NCBI GenBank assembly: GCA_963707865.1
Contig: OY970175.1
Span: 80,748 to 144,747 of the forward strand
DNA: 64,000 nucleotides
DNA from: an uncultured bacterium
GTDB taxonomy: Bacteria; Patescibacteriota; Minisyncoccia; UBA6257; 2-01-FULL-56-20
Reading direction: 5' to 3'
The notes beneath the pieces are model-generated. The model saw nothing but the letters and a program-made list of their open reading frames with translations, did no database searches and had not been told where the DNA came from. Of the stretch, positions 21,270 to 30,868 are shown piece after piece. Each line of letters begins with the position of its first letter. Position 1 is the stretch's first letter. Both the position numbers and the translations under genes were made by a program.

Positions 21270-22168
21270 TGGCGCGCATTATCTTTGTGGCAGTGGTTAT
21301 CTTCGTCCTCGGCACAGCGATCTATTTTTTCAGCACGGGCCATACCAACTTCAAGCTGTTCCCTCTTCTTCCTCCCGCACCCTCGTCTTCATACCAAGCC
21401 GCTTCTTCGACGCAGTCGTACGCGGTTTCCAATCCCACTTCCACCACCATAACGGCGGCGCCCACATCCTCTTCTTATCAGGGGGATGTTCCCGAAGGGT
21501 TTACGGCGGACGAACTCTCGCCGTACTACAGGCAAGTTCGCTTCGGCGTCGTATCTCCTGCATATTCTTATTACTACGGTTCCTACGGGCAGATTACGCT
21601 CTATGCGTATCCTAACAACCGGTCATCAAGTGTTGACGTGACGGGATGGGAGATCAAGGGGAACCACGGCGGCGAATATATTCCCCAAGCCGTCAATGTT
21701 TACGACCCGCTGGGGTTGAATCCCCCCATGGATATTTTTATGAGGAGCGGCGACTATCTGAATCTTTACTCAAACTCGGCGCCCACAAATCTCCGACTCA
21801 ACGAATGTATCGGTTATCTTCCGAATCAGAGCCAGTTCAATCCGTCGTTGCCGCAGAGTTGTCCCTACGTTGACCGGTCGGAGATCCAGACGTTCAGCGG
21901 TGCATGCCAGAATTACATTCTTTCGCTCGGCAGCTGCCAACGCCCCAACCTCAACAGTTTTTCCATTCCGCAAAACGATTATGCCTGCTTGAATTATTTA
22001 AATACCCACCTCAACTATCTCTCGTGCTTCAACGCGCACAGGAGCGATTCCAACTTTCTTTCCAATGAGGTGCGCGTGTGGATGGGATCCAGCCCCATTG
22101 ACCAGTTCCACGACCGCGTGGAGCTACTGGATAGGAACGATCTCCTTGTGAACCTTTACACCTATTAG
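21269..22168 (+). CDS. Hypothetical secreted/membrane-anchored protein, Cys-rich C-terminal domain
   Basis: N-terminal TM/signal helix, an S/T/P-rich linker, and 8 Cys in the C-terminal half. TAATG overlap with leuS. Confidence 0.5.
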
Positions 22169-23218
22169 TTATTTCCGCTCCGCAAGCGATACCTTCATCA
22201 CGAGTTCCTTTCCTTCGCGGAGTACGGCGAGCGTCACCTCGTCGCCCACGTTCAAATTCTCCAGAAAGTCCTGGATGGGATGGTCGCGGTCAAGCTTCGC
22301 GCCGTTCAGTGTGAGCACGATGTCTTTTTCTTTGAGGCCTGCTTTTTCCGCAGGGCTTTCGGGAACCACGGCGGAATCGTGCTCGCTTTCGCGGATGACG
22401 AGCGCGCCGTAGTTTACGGACAGATTCATTTTTGCCTTCATGTCGTCGTCGATCATCATATAGCGAAGCCCAAGAAGCGGCCGGCGGATGCGGCCATATT
22501 TTTTGATGTCATCCAGGTCCCGCTTCGCGGCGTTCACGGGGATCGCAAATCCGATACTCTGCGCGCCCGAGACGATCGCGGCGTTCACGGCGACGACGTT
22601 CCCGTCTGCGTCCACGAGCGGCCCGCCGGAATTGCCCGGATTGATCGCGGCGTCGGTCTGGATGAGGCCCCGCATCTCTTGCGGCGGCGCGTCCGGCTCC
22701 GCCTGCGCGGTGATCGCGCGCGAGAGGCCGGAAACAATGCCTACGGACACCGTGTTCTTAAAAACGCCGAGCGCGTTCCCGATCGCGATCAAGCTCTGGC
22801 CGAGCTGTAATTTCGTTGCATCGCCAAGATTCAGACAGGGGAGCCCTTCCACTTTTATTTTCAAAATCGCCACGTCATTAATCGGGTCGCGGCTCAAGAT
22901 CTCCGCGGGGAATCGCCGCTCGTCGTTCAGGATCACTGTGTATTCCGCTTTCGGATCGCTTATCACATGCTTGTTCGTAAGGATGAGCCCGTTCGCGTCC
23001 ACGATGAATCCCGATCCGCCACCTATCTGCACCATGCCGCGCTTGTCAACCAAATCCTCTGGGATCTGCAGTTTCTCGCCGCTGGGCCCGCCGGGAATGA
23101 AGGGATAGAGCTCTTTTGGCAGCTCTTTTTCCAGATCCTCAAGATGCTTCGCAATGGCGATGGAGACCACCGCCGGCATCACCTTCTTCACCGTCCTGAT
23201 CACGCGCTTGTCGTCCAT
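22169..23218 (-). CDS. htrA: HtrA/DegP family serine protease with PDZ domain
   Basis: GSGFIVD...TNKHV (His), D..AILKI (Asp), GNSGGPL (Ser), plus a C-terminal PDZ domain. Confidence 0.85.
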   Translation of the reverse strand: MDDKRVIRTVKKVMPAVVSIAIAKHLEDLEKELPKELYPFIPGGPSGEKLQIPEDLVDKRGMVQIGGGSGFIVDANGLILTNKHVISDPKAEYTVILNDERRFPAEILSRDPINDVAILKIKVEGLPCLNLGDATKLQLGQSLIAIGNALGVFKNTVSVGIVSGLSRAITAQAEPDAPPQEMRGLIQTDAAINPGNSGGPLVDADGNVVAVNAAIVSGAQSIGFAIPVNAAKRDLDDIKKYGRIRRPLLGLRYMMIDDDMKAKMNLSVNYGALVIRESEHDSAVVPESPAEKAGLKEKDIVLTLNGAKLDRDHPIQDFLENLNVGDEVTLAVLREGKELVMKVSLAERK

Positions 23219-23236
23219 GGGTTTATTGTAACACGC

Positions 23237-23326
23237 TGGCGGAGGGTGGAGGATTCGAACCTCCGAGGGGATCTCTCCCCAACCGCATTTCGAGTGCGGC
23301 GCAATAGACCACTATGCGAACCCTCC
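23237..23326 (-). tRNA. tRNA-Ser (anticodon CGA), CCA encoded
   Basis: A 90-nt cloverleaf was folded by eye: acceptor GGAGGGT/ACCCTCC, 3-bp D stem, anticodon loop CTCGAAA, long variable arm, T-loop TTCGAAT. Confidence 0.8.
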
Positions 23327-23404
23327 TATTTTATGTGCGGCGATAATGGTCTCAGCCGCTCTGGTACGCCTCCAACAGAAATATTCTAGGGAGAAATCGG
23401 TTAA

Positions 23405-24240
23405 AAAACAAGAAAATTAGAGAAGGGCGTCCCGGAGGTGAATTTCCAGAACGCCCTTATCTTACGATCAATGCTTCACTGCTCAGTGCTGCTCGCCGGT
23501 CTCTTCCAGTCGGCGTAGTTCTCGAACAATCGCCCTTCCGATTACGAACCTGATGGGTTCGGGCAGTGGTTCGTAGGGGAGCGTGTAGGCCAACTCGTCG
23601 TTCCTAAGTCGGCACAATCGGCAGGTTTGGAGATGTGCCCGTCCACGTGCTATTTCCCCGCTCAAGGTTGATGCCAACCCAAGTTGGGATTCGCGACAGG
23701 CAACCTGCCTCCTCCTCTGGAGTTCACCGTTGGCCAGGGCCACGATGATCTTGACAGTCTCCGTGGGGCAGAGAGTCGGCGGTTCTCCCGAAATGTCGAT
23801 TTCCGTAAGTGCCTCGTTGACATGGAATCGGGAAGACCACCGGTCGTCCTGTTCGAGGACAGAGTAAAGATGATGTCTTATAAATTCTACCTGGCGCGAG
23901 CTCAAGGGGATCTGCAACCCCCCTCCCTCAAACGCTAAGTGTTTCCTGGCCGCTTCGGTCAGCGGCAAGAGAGGGATTATAACTCCCGCATTCCTGTTCG
24001 TCGGTCGTTCTTGTGTACAAAGAACGACTCGTCCCGTCAAATAAATCGGCTGGACGAAGGTTGAAGTTGATCTGGGAGTTGTTGTCAACACCCCCGACCG
24101 TAATGGAAGAGCAGCGTTCGTCGTTTGCAATCGGCACACTCCTATGGTGGCAATGGCCACAATTTTCTTGCGATCTTACCGTTGTTTATTCTACCACAAT
24201 TGGCCCAAAAAAGAAAGGAGTTTCGGTTATATGTGTATAG
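23405..24240 (-). ncRNA. Unassigned ~0.85 kb hairpin-rich non-coding region between tRNA-Arg and tRNA-Ser (candidate large structured RNA)
   Basis: Many perfect hairpins, e.g. gtcgttcttgtgtacaaagaacgac, ccgcttcggtcagcgg and gaacctgatgggttc. The only long ORF (225 aa, minus) has atypical codon usage (AGG/AGA/ATA/TTA). A minus-strand hairpin plus T-run (...TTTTCTTGTTTTTT) at about 23410-23455 would terminate a minus-strand transcript. The identity is unknown. Confidence 0.3.
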
Positions 24241-24241
24241 T

Positions 24242-24313
24242 GTGCCCTCGGAGGGAATTGAACCCCCATCTCTTCCTTAGGACGGAATAGCTCTGTCCAT
24301 TGAGCTACGAGGG
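24242..24313 (-). tRNA. tRNA-Arg (anticodon CCT)
   Basis: A 72-nt cloverleaf: acceptor GCCCTCG/CGAGGGC, anticodon loop GTCCTAA, T-loop TTCAATT. No CCA is encoded. Confidence 0.75.
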
Positions 24314-24365
24314 CGTGGTGGAACTGATCGGCAGTCGGCTAGCGATCGGCCAGTAGCAGCCTTTT

Positions 24366-24692
24366 GTGGTACAGTATAGTGAATTAGACCAAAGGTCGCA
24401 ATGGCCGGATTACTGTAAAAATATGTATCCTCAAGGTTACGGTTCCTGGGCACCGTTGAGTTTTGGCTGGTTTGCGGGCGCGGGCGGATTGATTCTTCTC
24501 CTCCTCATCGTCTGGTCGCTCATCTGGAAGGGTCTCGCGCTCTGGAAGGCTGCGCGGGAAGGGAGCAAGGTGTGGTTCGTCGTGTTCCTTGTCGTGAACA
24601 CGATCGGCATTCTGGAGATTCTTTATCTCTATATTTTTAGCAAGAAAAAGATGGGGATGCCGGAGATGAACGAGGAAGCGAAAACAAAATAA
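24366..24692 (+). CDS. Small membrane protein (2 TM), unknown function
   Basis: Two hydrophobic helices with a basic C-terminal tail. The start may be at an internal Met (MYPQGYG). Confidence 0.4.
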   Translation: MVQYSELDQRSQWPDYCKNMYPQGYGSWAPLSFGWFAGAGGLILLLLIVWSLIWKGLALWKAAREGSKVWFVVFLVVNTIGILEILYLYIFSKKKMGMPEMNEEAKTK

Positions 24693-24783
24693 GGTTTTTG
24701 ATGACGAAAGTGCCCCGCTTTGTCGGGGCATTTTTAATGTTAATTTTATATTTTTTTAATTTCTTAAATAGTACTATGGTGAT

Positions 24784-25485
24784 ATGGCGCACAAGAGAGC
24801 ACTCCGTGAATTGGTCCGCACACTTCGTCGGCGCGGCAATACGTACAACGAAATTCTGCAAAAAATTAATGGAAGCGTTTCTAAAAGCACGCTGTCGTTA
24901 TGGTGCCGGAGTGTGCCGGTGCCTCTTTGGTATGCGGCTAAAGTTGAGAAGCTGAACAAAGCGAGCTTGAAAAGAGCGCGGGAGCGCTCGCGCGTAGCCA
25001 AAGAAAAATACTTATCGGATTTATCCAAAGAACTACGGGAATGTAATAAACAGTTCAAGATGGTTTGTTCGAACAAAGACATGATGAAAACAGCTCTCGC
25101 AATGTTGTATCTTGGCGAAGGCGCGAAATGGAGAACTCATCGCGGACTCATGCTTGGCAGCTCCGATCCGAGAATCGTATTGCTTTATATCCGCTTGTTA
25201 CAGATGTGCTACGGTATAGCTACTAAGGACTTGAAGTGTAGGGTTTGTTATAGAGCAGATCAAAATATTAGAGATTTAGAACATTATTGGTCACAGGTAA
25301 CAAAGGTACCAATGGAAAATTTTTACAAGACAAAGCCAGATGCCCGTACGTTAGGACTACCCACGCGAAAAAAAGATTACAAAGGAGTGTGTGCGGTTAT
25401 GTGCCATGGAACCCGTATACAGCACGAGCTTGATATAATATCGGATTTAATCTTAGAATCATTATCAGATGGGCCTATAGCTTAG
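24784..25485 (+). CDS. Hypothetical protein, HTH N-terminus + LAGLIDADG-like motif (possible homing-endonuclease-like)
   Basis: AT-rich ORF. It has a possible N-terminal HTH, and ...ALAMLYLGEGAKW...LMLGSSDPRIVLLYIRLLQ resembles the LAGLIDADG motif and its following helix. The last 5 codons overlap the start of tRNA-Ala. Confidence 0.3.
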   Translation: MAHKRALRELVRTLRRRGNTYNEILQKINGSVSKSTLSLWCRSVPVPLWYAAKVEKLNKASLKRARERSRVAKEKYLSDLSKELRECNKQFKMVCSNKDMMKTALAMLYLGEGAKWRTHRGLMLGSSDPRIVLLYIRLLQMCYGIATKDLKCRVCYRADQNIRDLEHYWSQVTKVPMENFYKTKPDARTLGLPTRKKDYKGVCAVMCHGTRIQHELDIISDLILESLSDGPIA

Positions 25486-25541
25486 TGGAAAAGCGCGCGC
25501 ATGGCATGCGCGATACGGGGGTTCGATCCCCCCTAGGTCCA
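25471..25541 (+). tRNA. tRNA-Ala (anticodon GGC)
   Basis: Cloverleaf: acceptor GGGCCTA/TAGGTCC (one G-U pair), anticodon stem CGCGC/GCGCG with loop ATGGCAT, T-loop TTCGATC. Confidence 0.75.
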
Positions 25542-25549
25542 CGGATTTA

Positions 25550-25846
25550 TCACTCGCGCACTTCGTGCGTTTTGAAGATGAACGAATTTTCGCCTGGCGC
25601 CCTTCCGTAGCCGCACCGCTTGCAGGAAACATATCGTTGTGCACTGTTATTTTTTAAGGTATCCAGCCACGCACGGTGTTCGTGTTTGTCATCGTCCGTA
25701 ACTGCATACATTGTTTGGTCGCACCTTGGGCATCTCATTTCCAACACCCTCGGGATGTTATGCGTCTTTGCGAAGTCCAGGGCTTTTTCAAGGGAAGCGG
25801 CGATCATATCATCAGTTATACAATTGATTATACAATGGCCGGCCAT
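25550..25846 (-). CDS. Small zinc-ribbon protein, unknown function
   Basis: CPRCDQ...CKRCGY, i.e. two CxxC pairs, and about 99 aa from Met at 25846. The annotation is weak. Confidence 0.35.
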   Translation of the reverse strand: MAGHCIINCITDDMIAASLEKALDFAKTHNIPRVLEMRCPRCDQTMYAVTDDDKHEHRAWLDTLKNNSAQRYVSCKRCGYGRAPGENSFIFKTHEVRE

Positions 25847-25914
25847 TTGAGCAGCAGTCGGCCTTTGTGCTAAGCTTTGTACGTATTTGGTGGGCGATAC
25901 TAGGCCCACCGCAG

Positions 25915-26001
25915 GGTGGGGTGGCCGAGCGGTTTAAGGCGATACTCTTGAAAAGTATTATGCGGGGAACCGCATCGTGAGTTCGAATCTCACCCCCACC
26001 G
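25915..26001 (+). tRNA. tRNA-Ser (anticodon TGA)
   Basis: An 87-nt cloverleaf: acceptor GGTGGGG/CCCCACC, anticodon loop CTTGAAA, long variable arm, T-loop TTCGAAT. Confidence 0.8.
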
Positions 26002-26029
26002 CGAGACAGATTTGCTAAACTAAATTAAC

Positions 26030-26548
26030 ATGGGACATCTTAATGTGGAGATAAAGGCCCGCTGTAATGCTTATGAGAAGGTGCGAAAAGTTTTGAAGTC
26101 ACGAAATGCGGATTATAAAGGAATAGATCATCAGATCGATACCTATTTTAAAGTCAACTTTGGGAGATTGAAACTAAGGGAGGGGAATATTGAGAATTAT
26201 CTTATTTTCTACGATCGAGAAAATAAAGAAGGCCCAAAAGAATCAAAGGTCATTCTTTTTGAAAATGTTCCGGATTCATCACTGAAGAACATTTTGGTAA
26301 AAGCGCTGGGCGTGTTGATGATTGTGGATAAGCAACGAGAGATTTATTTTATCGGCAATGTGAAATTCCATTTGGATACCGTGAAGAACCTCGGCGAGTT
26401 TATGGAAATCGAAGCTATTGATATGGATGGATCTATCGGAAAAGAGAAATTGTTTAATCAATGCCAAAGTTATCTTGATTTGTTCCAGATTTCCAAAGCC
26501 GATTTAATTTCCGATTCCTATAGTGATCTGCTGCTCAATTTGAGCTAA
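26030..26548 (+). CDS. CYTH domain protein (class IV adenylyl cyclase / triphosphatase-like)
   Basis: The N-terminal NVEIKARC matches the ExExK motif that defines the CYTH family, and the size is about 170 aa. The gene is AT-rich. Confidence 0.65.
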   Translation: MGHLNVEIKARCNAYEKVRKVLKSRNADYKGIDHQIDTYFKVNFGRLKLREGNIENYLIFYDRENKEGPKESKVILFENVPDSSLKNILVKALGVLMIVDKQREIYFIGNVKFHLDTVKNLGEFMEIEAIDMDGSIGKEKLFNQCQSYLDLFQISKADLISDSYSDLLLNLS

Positions 26549-26600
26549 AATCTTTCGAACATCGTCGCAGGCTCCTCGCGAGAAAAATATTATCTAGATT

Positions 26601-27113
26601 ATGAAGCTGCTAGGGATACTTAACCCCGAAAACGTAACTGAGGATGAAGTTGCCAAATATCCCGTGAGAAATTCGGCGAGGGCAATCGTGTGTGACAGGG
26701 AAGGGAATATCGGGATTTTAAATGTCACGAAGAGAAATTACCACAAGTTACCCGGCGGAGGGATTGAGGAAGGCGAAGATGTTTTTAGCGCGTTAAAGCG
26801 GGAATGCAAAGAAGAGCTGGGCTGCGATATTAAGGTACGCGGCGAAGTCGGGCAAATAATTGAATACAGAAAGATTTTTCAGCTCACGCAAAACTCTTTT
26901 TGTTACCTAGCGAACCTAGTTGGGGAGAAGGGCGAACCCTCTCTTACGCAAGAAGAAATTGAGAATGGATTTAAGGTTCAGTGGTTTCCAATAGAAGAGG
27001 TGATGTCTGTTCTCGCTTCGGATCAGCCGCAAAACGATGAGGGCAGTCTTTATATTGTCCCAAGAGACAGAATTTTTCTGGAGGCGGCGAAAGAACAATT
27101 AGCTAAGTTCTAG
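26601..27113 (+). CDS. NUDIX hydrolase
   Basis: Nudix box LPGGGIEEGEDVFSALKRECKEELG (GX5EX7REUXEEXGU). Confidence 0.8.
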   Translation: MKLLGILNPENVTEDEVAKYPVRNSARAIVCDREGNIGILNVTKRNYHKLPGGGIEEGEDVFSALKRECKEELGCDIKVRGEVGQIIEYRKIFQLTQNSFCYLANLVGEKGEPSLTQEEIENGFKVQWFPIEEVMSVLASDQPQNDEGSLYIVPRDRIFLEAAKEQLAKF

Positions 27114-27261
27114 GCGAAGAAGTGTTCGAGTTCTGACAATAGGTTCGAACATAGTTTACGACACCCCGCGAGATCAAGTTCAAAGGACTCGTCCCTTTTT
27201 AGACAACGAAAAGTCCGAACTTTTTCTTGAGGTCGAGTTTCGCAGTCCCAATCTTTCGCAC

Positions 27262-29646
27262 TTATCGGTGAAGGGCTGCAAACCGCCTCGCAAGTCCATA
27301 CTGCAAAATGCAAAAGAAGCCGATAACGAAGAGGATCTGAATAACGTTCGGGATGGGTAGGTGTAGTAAGGCGACGTTAAAAAACGTTAGAAGTAATGGC
27401 ACGTGAAAAAGAGCAACTAAAAGGATAAACTCAAACACTGCTAAATAAAAAATTTGCATTTTTTTAGCCCGACCAAAGAGGCCTTGATACACAGAGGGCG
27501 CAAATACAAAGAAAGCAAAACAAAGCGCGATAAACACGAGCGAGACGAGGGTGTTCGGCGGTGTAATTTTCATATACCTGGCGTTCATGGCGAACACAAT
27601 CGCCACGCCTATTGCCTGGACGGCGGCAGACCAAACGGCAAATGGTAACACCCGTTTTAAGAAAGGCTCCAAACTTACCGGAGGTACTTTCCCTGACGGG
27701 CGGATTGTCCAATAAGAAACTAGCAGCCCAGGTATGCCGATAGTGAAATAGTTGATCAGGGTTACATTAAATGGCGTCAATGGGTATTGATAGCCGAACA
27801 GGCTGAGCGCAATGAACAAAAAGAGCCCAACAAAAGCTTGATTAAAAAAAACGCTGGAGAAGATTTCAATGTTTCTAATAATATCATCTGCAAGTTTCAC
27901 CCCTCCCGGCAACGCGGTGAAGCTGTTATTGACGAGTATGATTGCGGCGAGTTGCCTTGTTGCCGCCGCGCCGTCGAACATAGCTATTCCCAAGTCCGCT
28001 TTCTTTATTGCGAGGGCGTCGTTTGCGCCATCTCCCACCATGGCCGTAAACCCGTCTTTTTTAAACGCCTCGATTATCTTTTCTTTTTGCTCAGGTACTA
28101 TTCTGGCAAAAATTGTGTATAATTTTACGTTTTTTTCAAAATCGTTTGCATTCCAGCCGGCCATTTCTTGGCCCGTAATGATTTTGTCTGGATCGTTTAT
28201 TCCCGCCGTGGCGGCAACTGCGCGCACGGTTTCAGGATTATCTCCCGAAATAATGCGTATGCGAACTCCGCGGTCTTGAAAAAAATTAACCGTATCGGAG
28301 ATACCTTCCCGGATATTATTATGAAACACGAATACCGCGACGACTGAAAGTTCAACCGCGGCAAGATCCTTGGGCAGCGTTTTTGTATTAGATTGCATGA
28401 CACACAAAACACGCTTTCCTTCACGCGCGTGGGCACTAAGGAGTTTTGTCAGCCACTGTTTTTGTTCGTTGTCTCGGAGATGCGGCAAAAAAACATCCGG
28501 CGAGCCGACAAGTACGGTAACTTCTTCCCCATCCCTTTTTATGCGCACGGCGCCGTACTGTCGCCAAGAAGAGAATGATTGTACTTCGATAGCCGCTTCG
28601 GGATGGGGATTTTTTAAAAATTGTTTGACCGCGCGGATTGTTTCCGAGACGTCACCCGTTCCGTAAATGTAAGATGCCACAAGGTTTTCCGTTTCTTGTT
28701 CTGCAATGTTCGGAGGGATATTCATACTTTCAACGGAGAGCGTGTTCTGCGTTAACGTACCAGTTTTATCCATGCAGAGATTCTTAATGCGCCCGAGCTT
28801 TTCAGTAGCGTTAGTTTCTTGCAGTAATACGTTTTTTCGGAAGAGATTGGCGGCGCCGTATGCGAAGAACAATGTAATTATAAATATCAAACCCTGGGGC
28901 ACGAGCATGCTCGCCAGAGTGCCGACATTCAATACTATAAGAACGATGGGCTCCTTTAATGCGAAGCCGCGAGCGATAACAAAGGCAATAGCGGCAATAA
29001 GCACATACCCCGCATATCGAACCATCAAATAAACCGATTGTTGAATGGGGCTTGCGTTGAAGGAATATTTTTTAATACCCTCCGTCATACGCGCAATGCG
29101 GCTTTCATGAAATACCATCTCCGTCAGTAAATATCCGGATCCGGCAGTAATAATACTACCGGCAAGCAGGCTGTCTCCCTTTTGTCGTGGAAGAGAGTCG
29201 GATTCTCCCGTGATGAGACCCTCGTTTATTTCTAAGCCAAGCGTATCTGCGAGTATGCCGTCGCACGGGACTTGATCGCCAATTTTTAATTTAATACTGT
29301 CGCCTTTTTTGATCTCTTCCGTAAGGACGGAGCTTTCGGAACCATCTTTATTTACACGAATGACGTGCGGCGCCGTCAGTAACTGTAACTTTTCTAAATT
29401 TAGCCAAGCATCAATATCTCGCAAGATACCCAAAGAGATATTAATGAAGGAAATGATCCCGAGGAATAAACCCGCTAGAAATTGGCCGAAAACAAAGAGA
29501 AGGATAACTACCGAAAAGATGATGCCGTTGGTAAGCAGGAAGACGTTACGGAAAATAATATGCCCGATCTCGCGCAGTTTTGTTTTGCTGGGAAATATCA
29601 TGTGTATGCGCACAACGTCGGGGTCATGGAATATATCACACGACAA
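27262..29646 (-). CDS. Cation-transporting P-type ATPase
   Basis: DKTGTLTQN phosphorylation motif, MVGDGANDALAIKKADLGIAM hinge motif, 8-10 TM helices. Confidence 0.85.
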   Translation of the reverse strand: MSCDIFHDPDVVRIHMIFPSKTKLREIGHIIFRNVFLLTNGIIFSVVILLFVFGQFLAGLFLGIISFINISLGILRDIDAWLNLEKLQLLTAPHVIRVNKDGSESSVLTEEIKKGDSIKLKIGDQVPCDGILADTLGLEINEGLITGESDSLPRQKGDSLLAGSIITAGSGYLLTEMVFHESRIARMTEGIKKYSFNASPIQQSVYLMVRYAGYVLIAAIAFVIARGFALKEPIVLIVLNVGTLASMLVPQGLIFIITLFFAYGAANLFRKNVLLQETNATEKLGRIKNLCMDKTGTLTQNTLSVESMNIPPNIAEQETENLVASYIYGTGDVSETIRAVKQFLKNPHPEAAIEVQSFSSWRQYGAVRIKRDGEEVTVLVGSPDVFLPHLRDNEQKQWLTKLLSAHAREGKRVLCVMQSNTKTLPKDLAAVELSVVAVFVFHNNIREGISDTVNFFQDRGVRIRIISGDNPETVRAVAATAGINDPDKIITGQEMAGWNANDFEKNVKLYTIFARIVPEQKEKIIEAFKKDGFTAMVGDGANDALAIKKADLGIAMFDGAAATRQLAAIILVNNSFTALPGGVKLADDIIRNIEIFSSVFFNQAFVGLFLFIALSLFGYQYPLTPFNVTLINYFTIGIPGLLVSYWTIRPSGKVPPVSLEPFLKRVLPFAVWSAAVQAIGVAIVFAMNARYMKITPPNTLVSLVFIALCFAFFVFAPSVYQGLFGRAKKMQIFYLAVFEFILLVALFHVPLLLTFFNVALLHLPIPNVIQILFVIGFFCILQYGLARRFAALHR

Positions 29647-29659
29647 ACGAAGCGCTCTA

Positions 29660-30694
29660 TTATTCCTTTCGTTTGATGGTCAAAGTAAACTTGGTATAAA
29701 TCTTGAGCAAAGAAAGAAGGAGCGCTATGGCAAGCGGTCCCACGAGGAATCCGATCGGACCGAAAAGACCGATGCCTCCCAGGACGCCCAAGAGTATGAG
29801 ATAGGGATGCAGGTGCATGCCGCGATGCATGAGCTGGGGCGAAAGCACATTATAGATCAGATTCACAAGGACAATGCTCCATATGGCGAGGCCGATGCCC
29901 AAAGCGGTTTGTCCGGCAAAGAAAAGATACGCGATGGCGGGTACGACGACGAGCCATGTCCCCACGATGGGAATGAGCGAAGCGGGCACGACGAGCGCTC
30001 CCCAGAAGGCCGGATTAGGAATGCCAAAAAGGAAAAATCCGATCCCCGCAACGATCCCCTGTATGAGAGCGACGACGAGTATGCCCTTCACAACCGAACT
30101 CCCCACGGCTTCCATCTCGCGGACGATGTCTTCGCTGTACTCCGGAGCGAGCGGTACGATCTCCGTCACCCATTTTTTGAGCCGCCCGCCGTCTTTGAGG
30201 AAATAGAATAATCCGAGGAGGCTCAAGAACGCCGTGAAGAAGATTTGGGTGACGCCCGAAAAGAGCGAACCGAGGTTCTGGATAAGCCAAGTGAGTCCCT
30301 GCCGGACATAATCGCCCGCGTTGAACGTGATGTTGGGTACGGGAAGGTCCTTGAAGTGAGCGTGGAGGAAATTGGTAAGCGCGGCGCCAAGGTCAAAACC
30401 CCCGTGCGCTGTGAGGGAGGCGTAGAGCGCGGTCGCTTCCCTGAAGATCTGTATGCCGAAAAATCCGAGCGGCACGAATACGATGAGCACGACAATGATG
30501 ATCACGGCGAAAGCGGTAAGCGATTCGTAGCGGAAAGCGCGCAAAAGTTTCTGATAGAGGGGTTGGAAGAGAAACGCAAGCGTGCCTGCAAAAACAAGCA
30601 TGCCCACATACGGCGCAAGGATTGACCAGGCAAGGAACAGAGCGATGGCGAGCAGGGCCACGAAAAACCAAGTTTCCGATCGGTGGGTATCCAT
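29660..30694 (-). CDS. AI-2E family transporter (second copy)
   Basis: A multi-pass membrane protein with the same family pattern as the gene at 14842-15855. Confidence 0.75.
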   Translation of the reverse strand: MDTHRSETWFFVALLAIALFLAWSILAPYVGMLVFAGTLAFLFQPLYQKLLRAFRYESLTAFAVIIIVVLIVFVPLGFFGIQIFREATALYASLTAHGGFDLGAALTNFLHAHFKDLPVPNITFNAGDYVRQGLTWLIQNLGSLFSGVTQIFFTAFLSLLGLFYFLKDGGRLKKWVTEIVPLAPEYSEDIVREMEAVGSSVVKGILVVALIQGIVAGIGFFLFGIPNPAFWGALVVPASLIPIVGTWLVVVPAIAYLFFAGQTALGIGLAIWSIVLVNLIYNVLSPQLMHRGMHLHPYLILLGVLGGIGLFGPIGFLVGPLAIALLLSLLKIYTKFTLTIKRKE

Positions 30695-30868
30695 GCTCTT
30701 AGTGTATCAAATTAGATATCCCCACTGGCAAAACTGGTATAATTTGGGAAAATCATTATAATCTTACCATGAGTTTCGAGAATTTTAAGGGAACTGCCCC
30801 TCAATTCTTGTTGTCGCGAAAATCCCCCAAGCTCTCAATGCCTCAGTAGGCGATTCAATCTAAAAATT

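Noticed and set aside
23483-24160. 225-aa minus-strand ORF between tRNA-Arg and tRNA-Ser
   Set aside because: The codon usage (AGG/AGA/ATA/TTA) is unlike the real genes here, the composition is Arg/Leu/Thr/Cys-rich, and there is no recognisable motif. The DNA is dominated by perfect hairpins. It is treated as non-coding structured sequence rather than a CDS.
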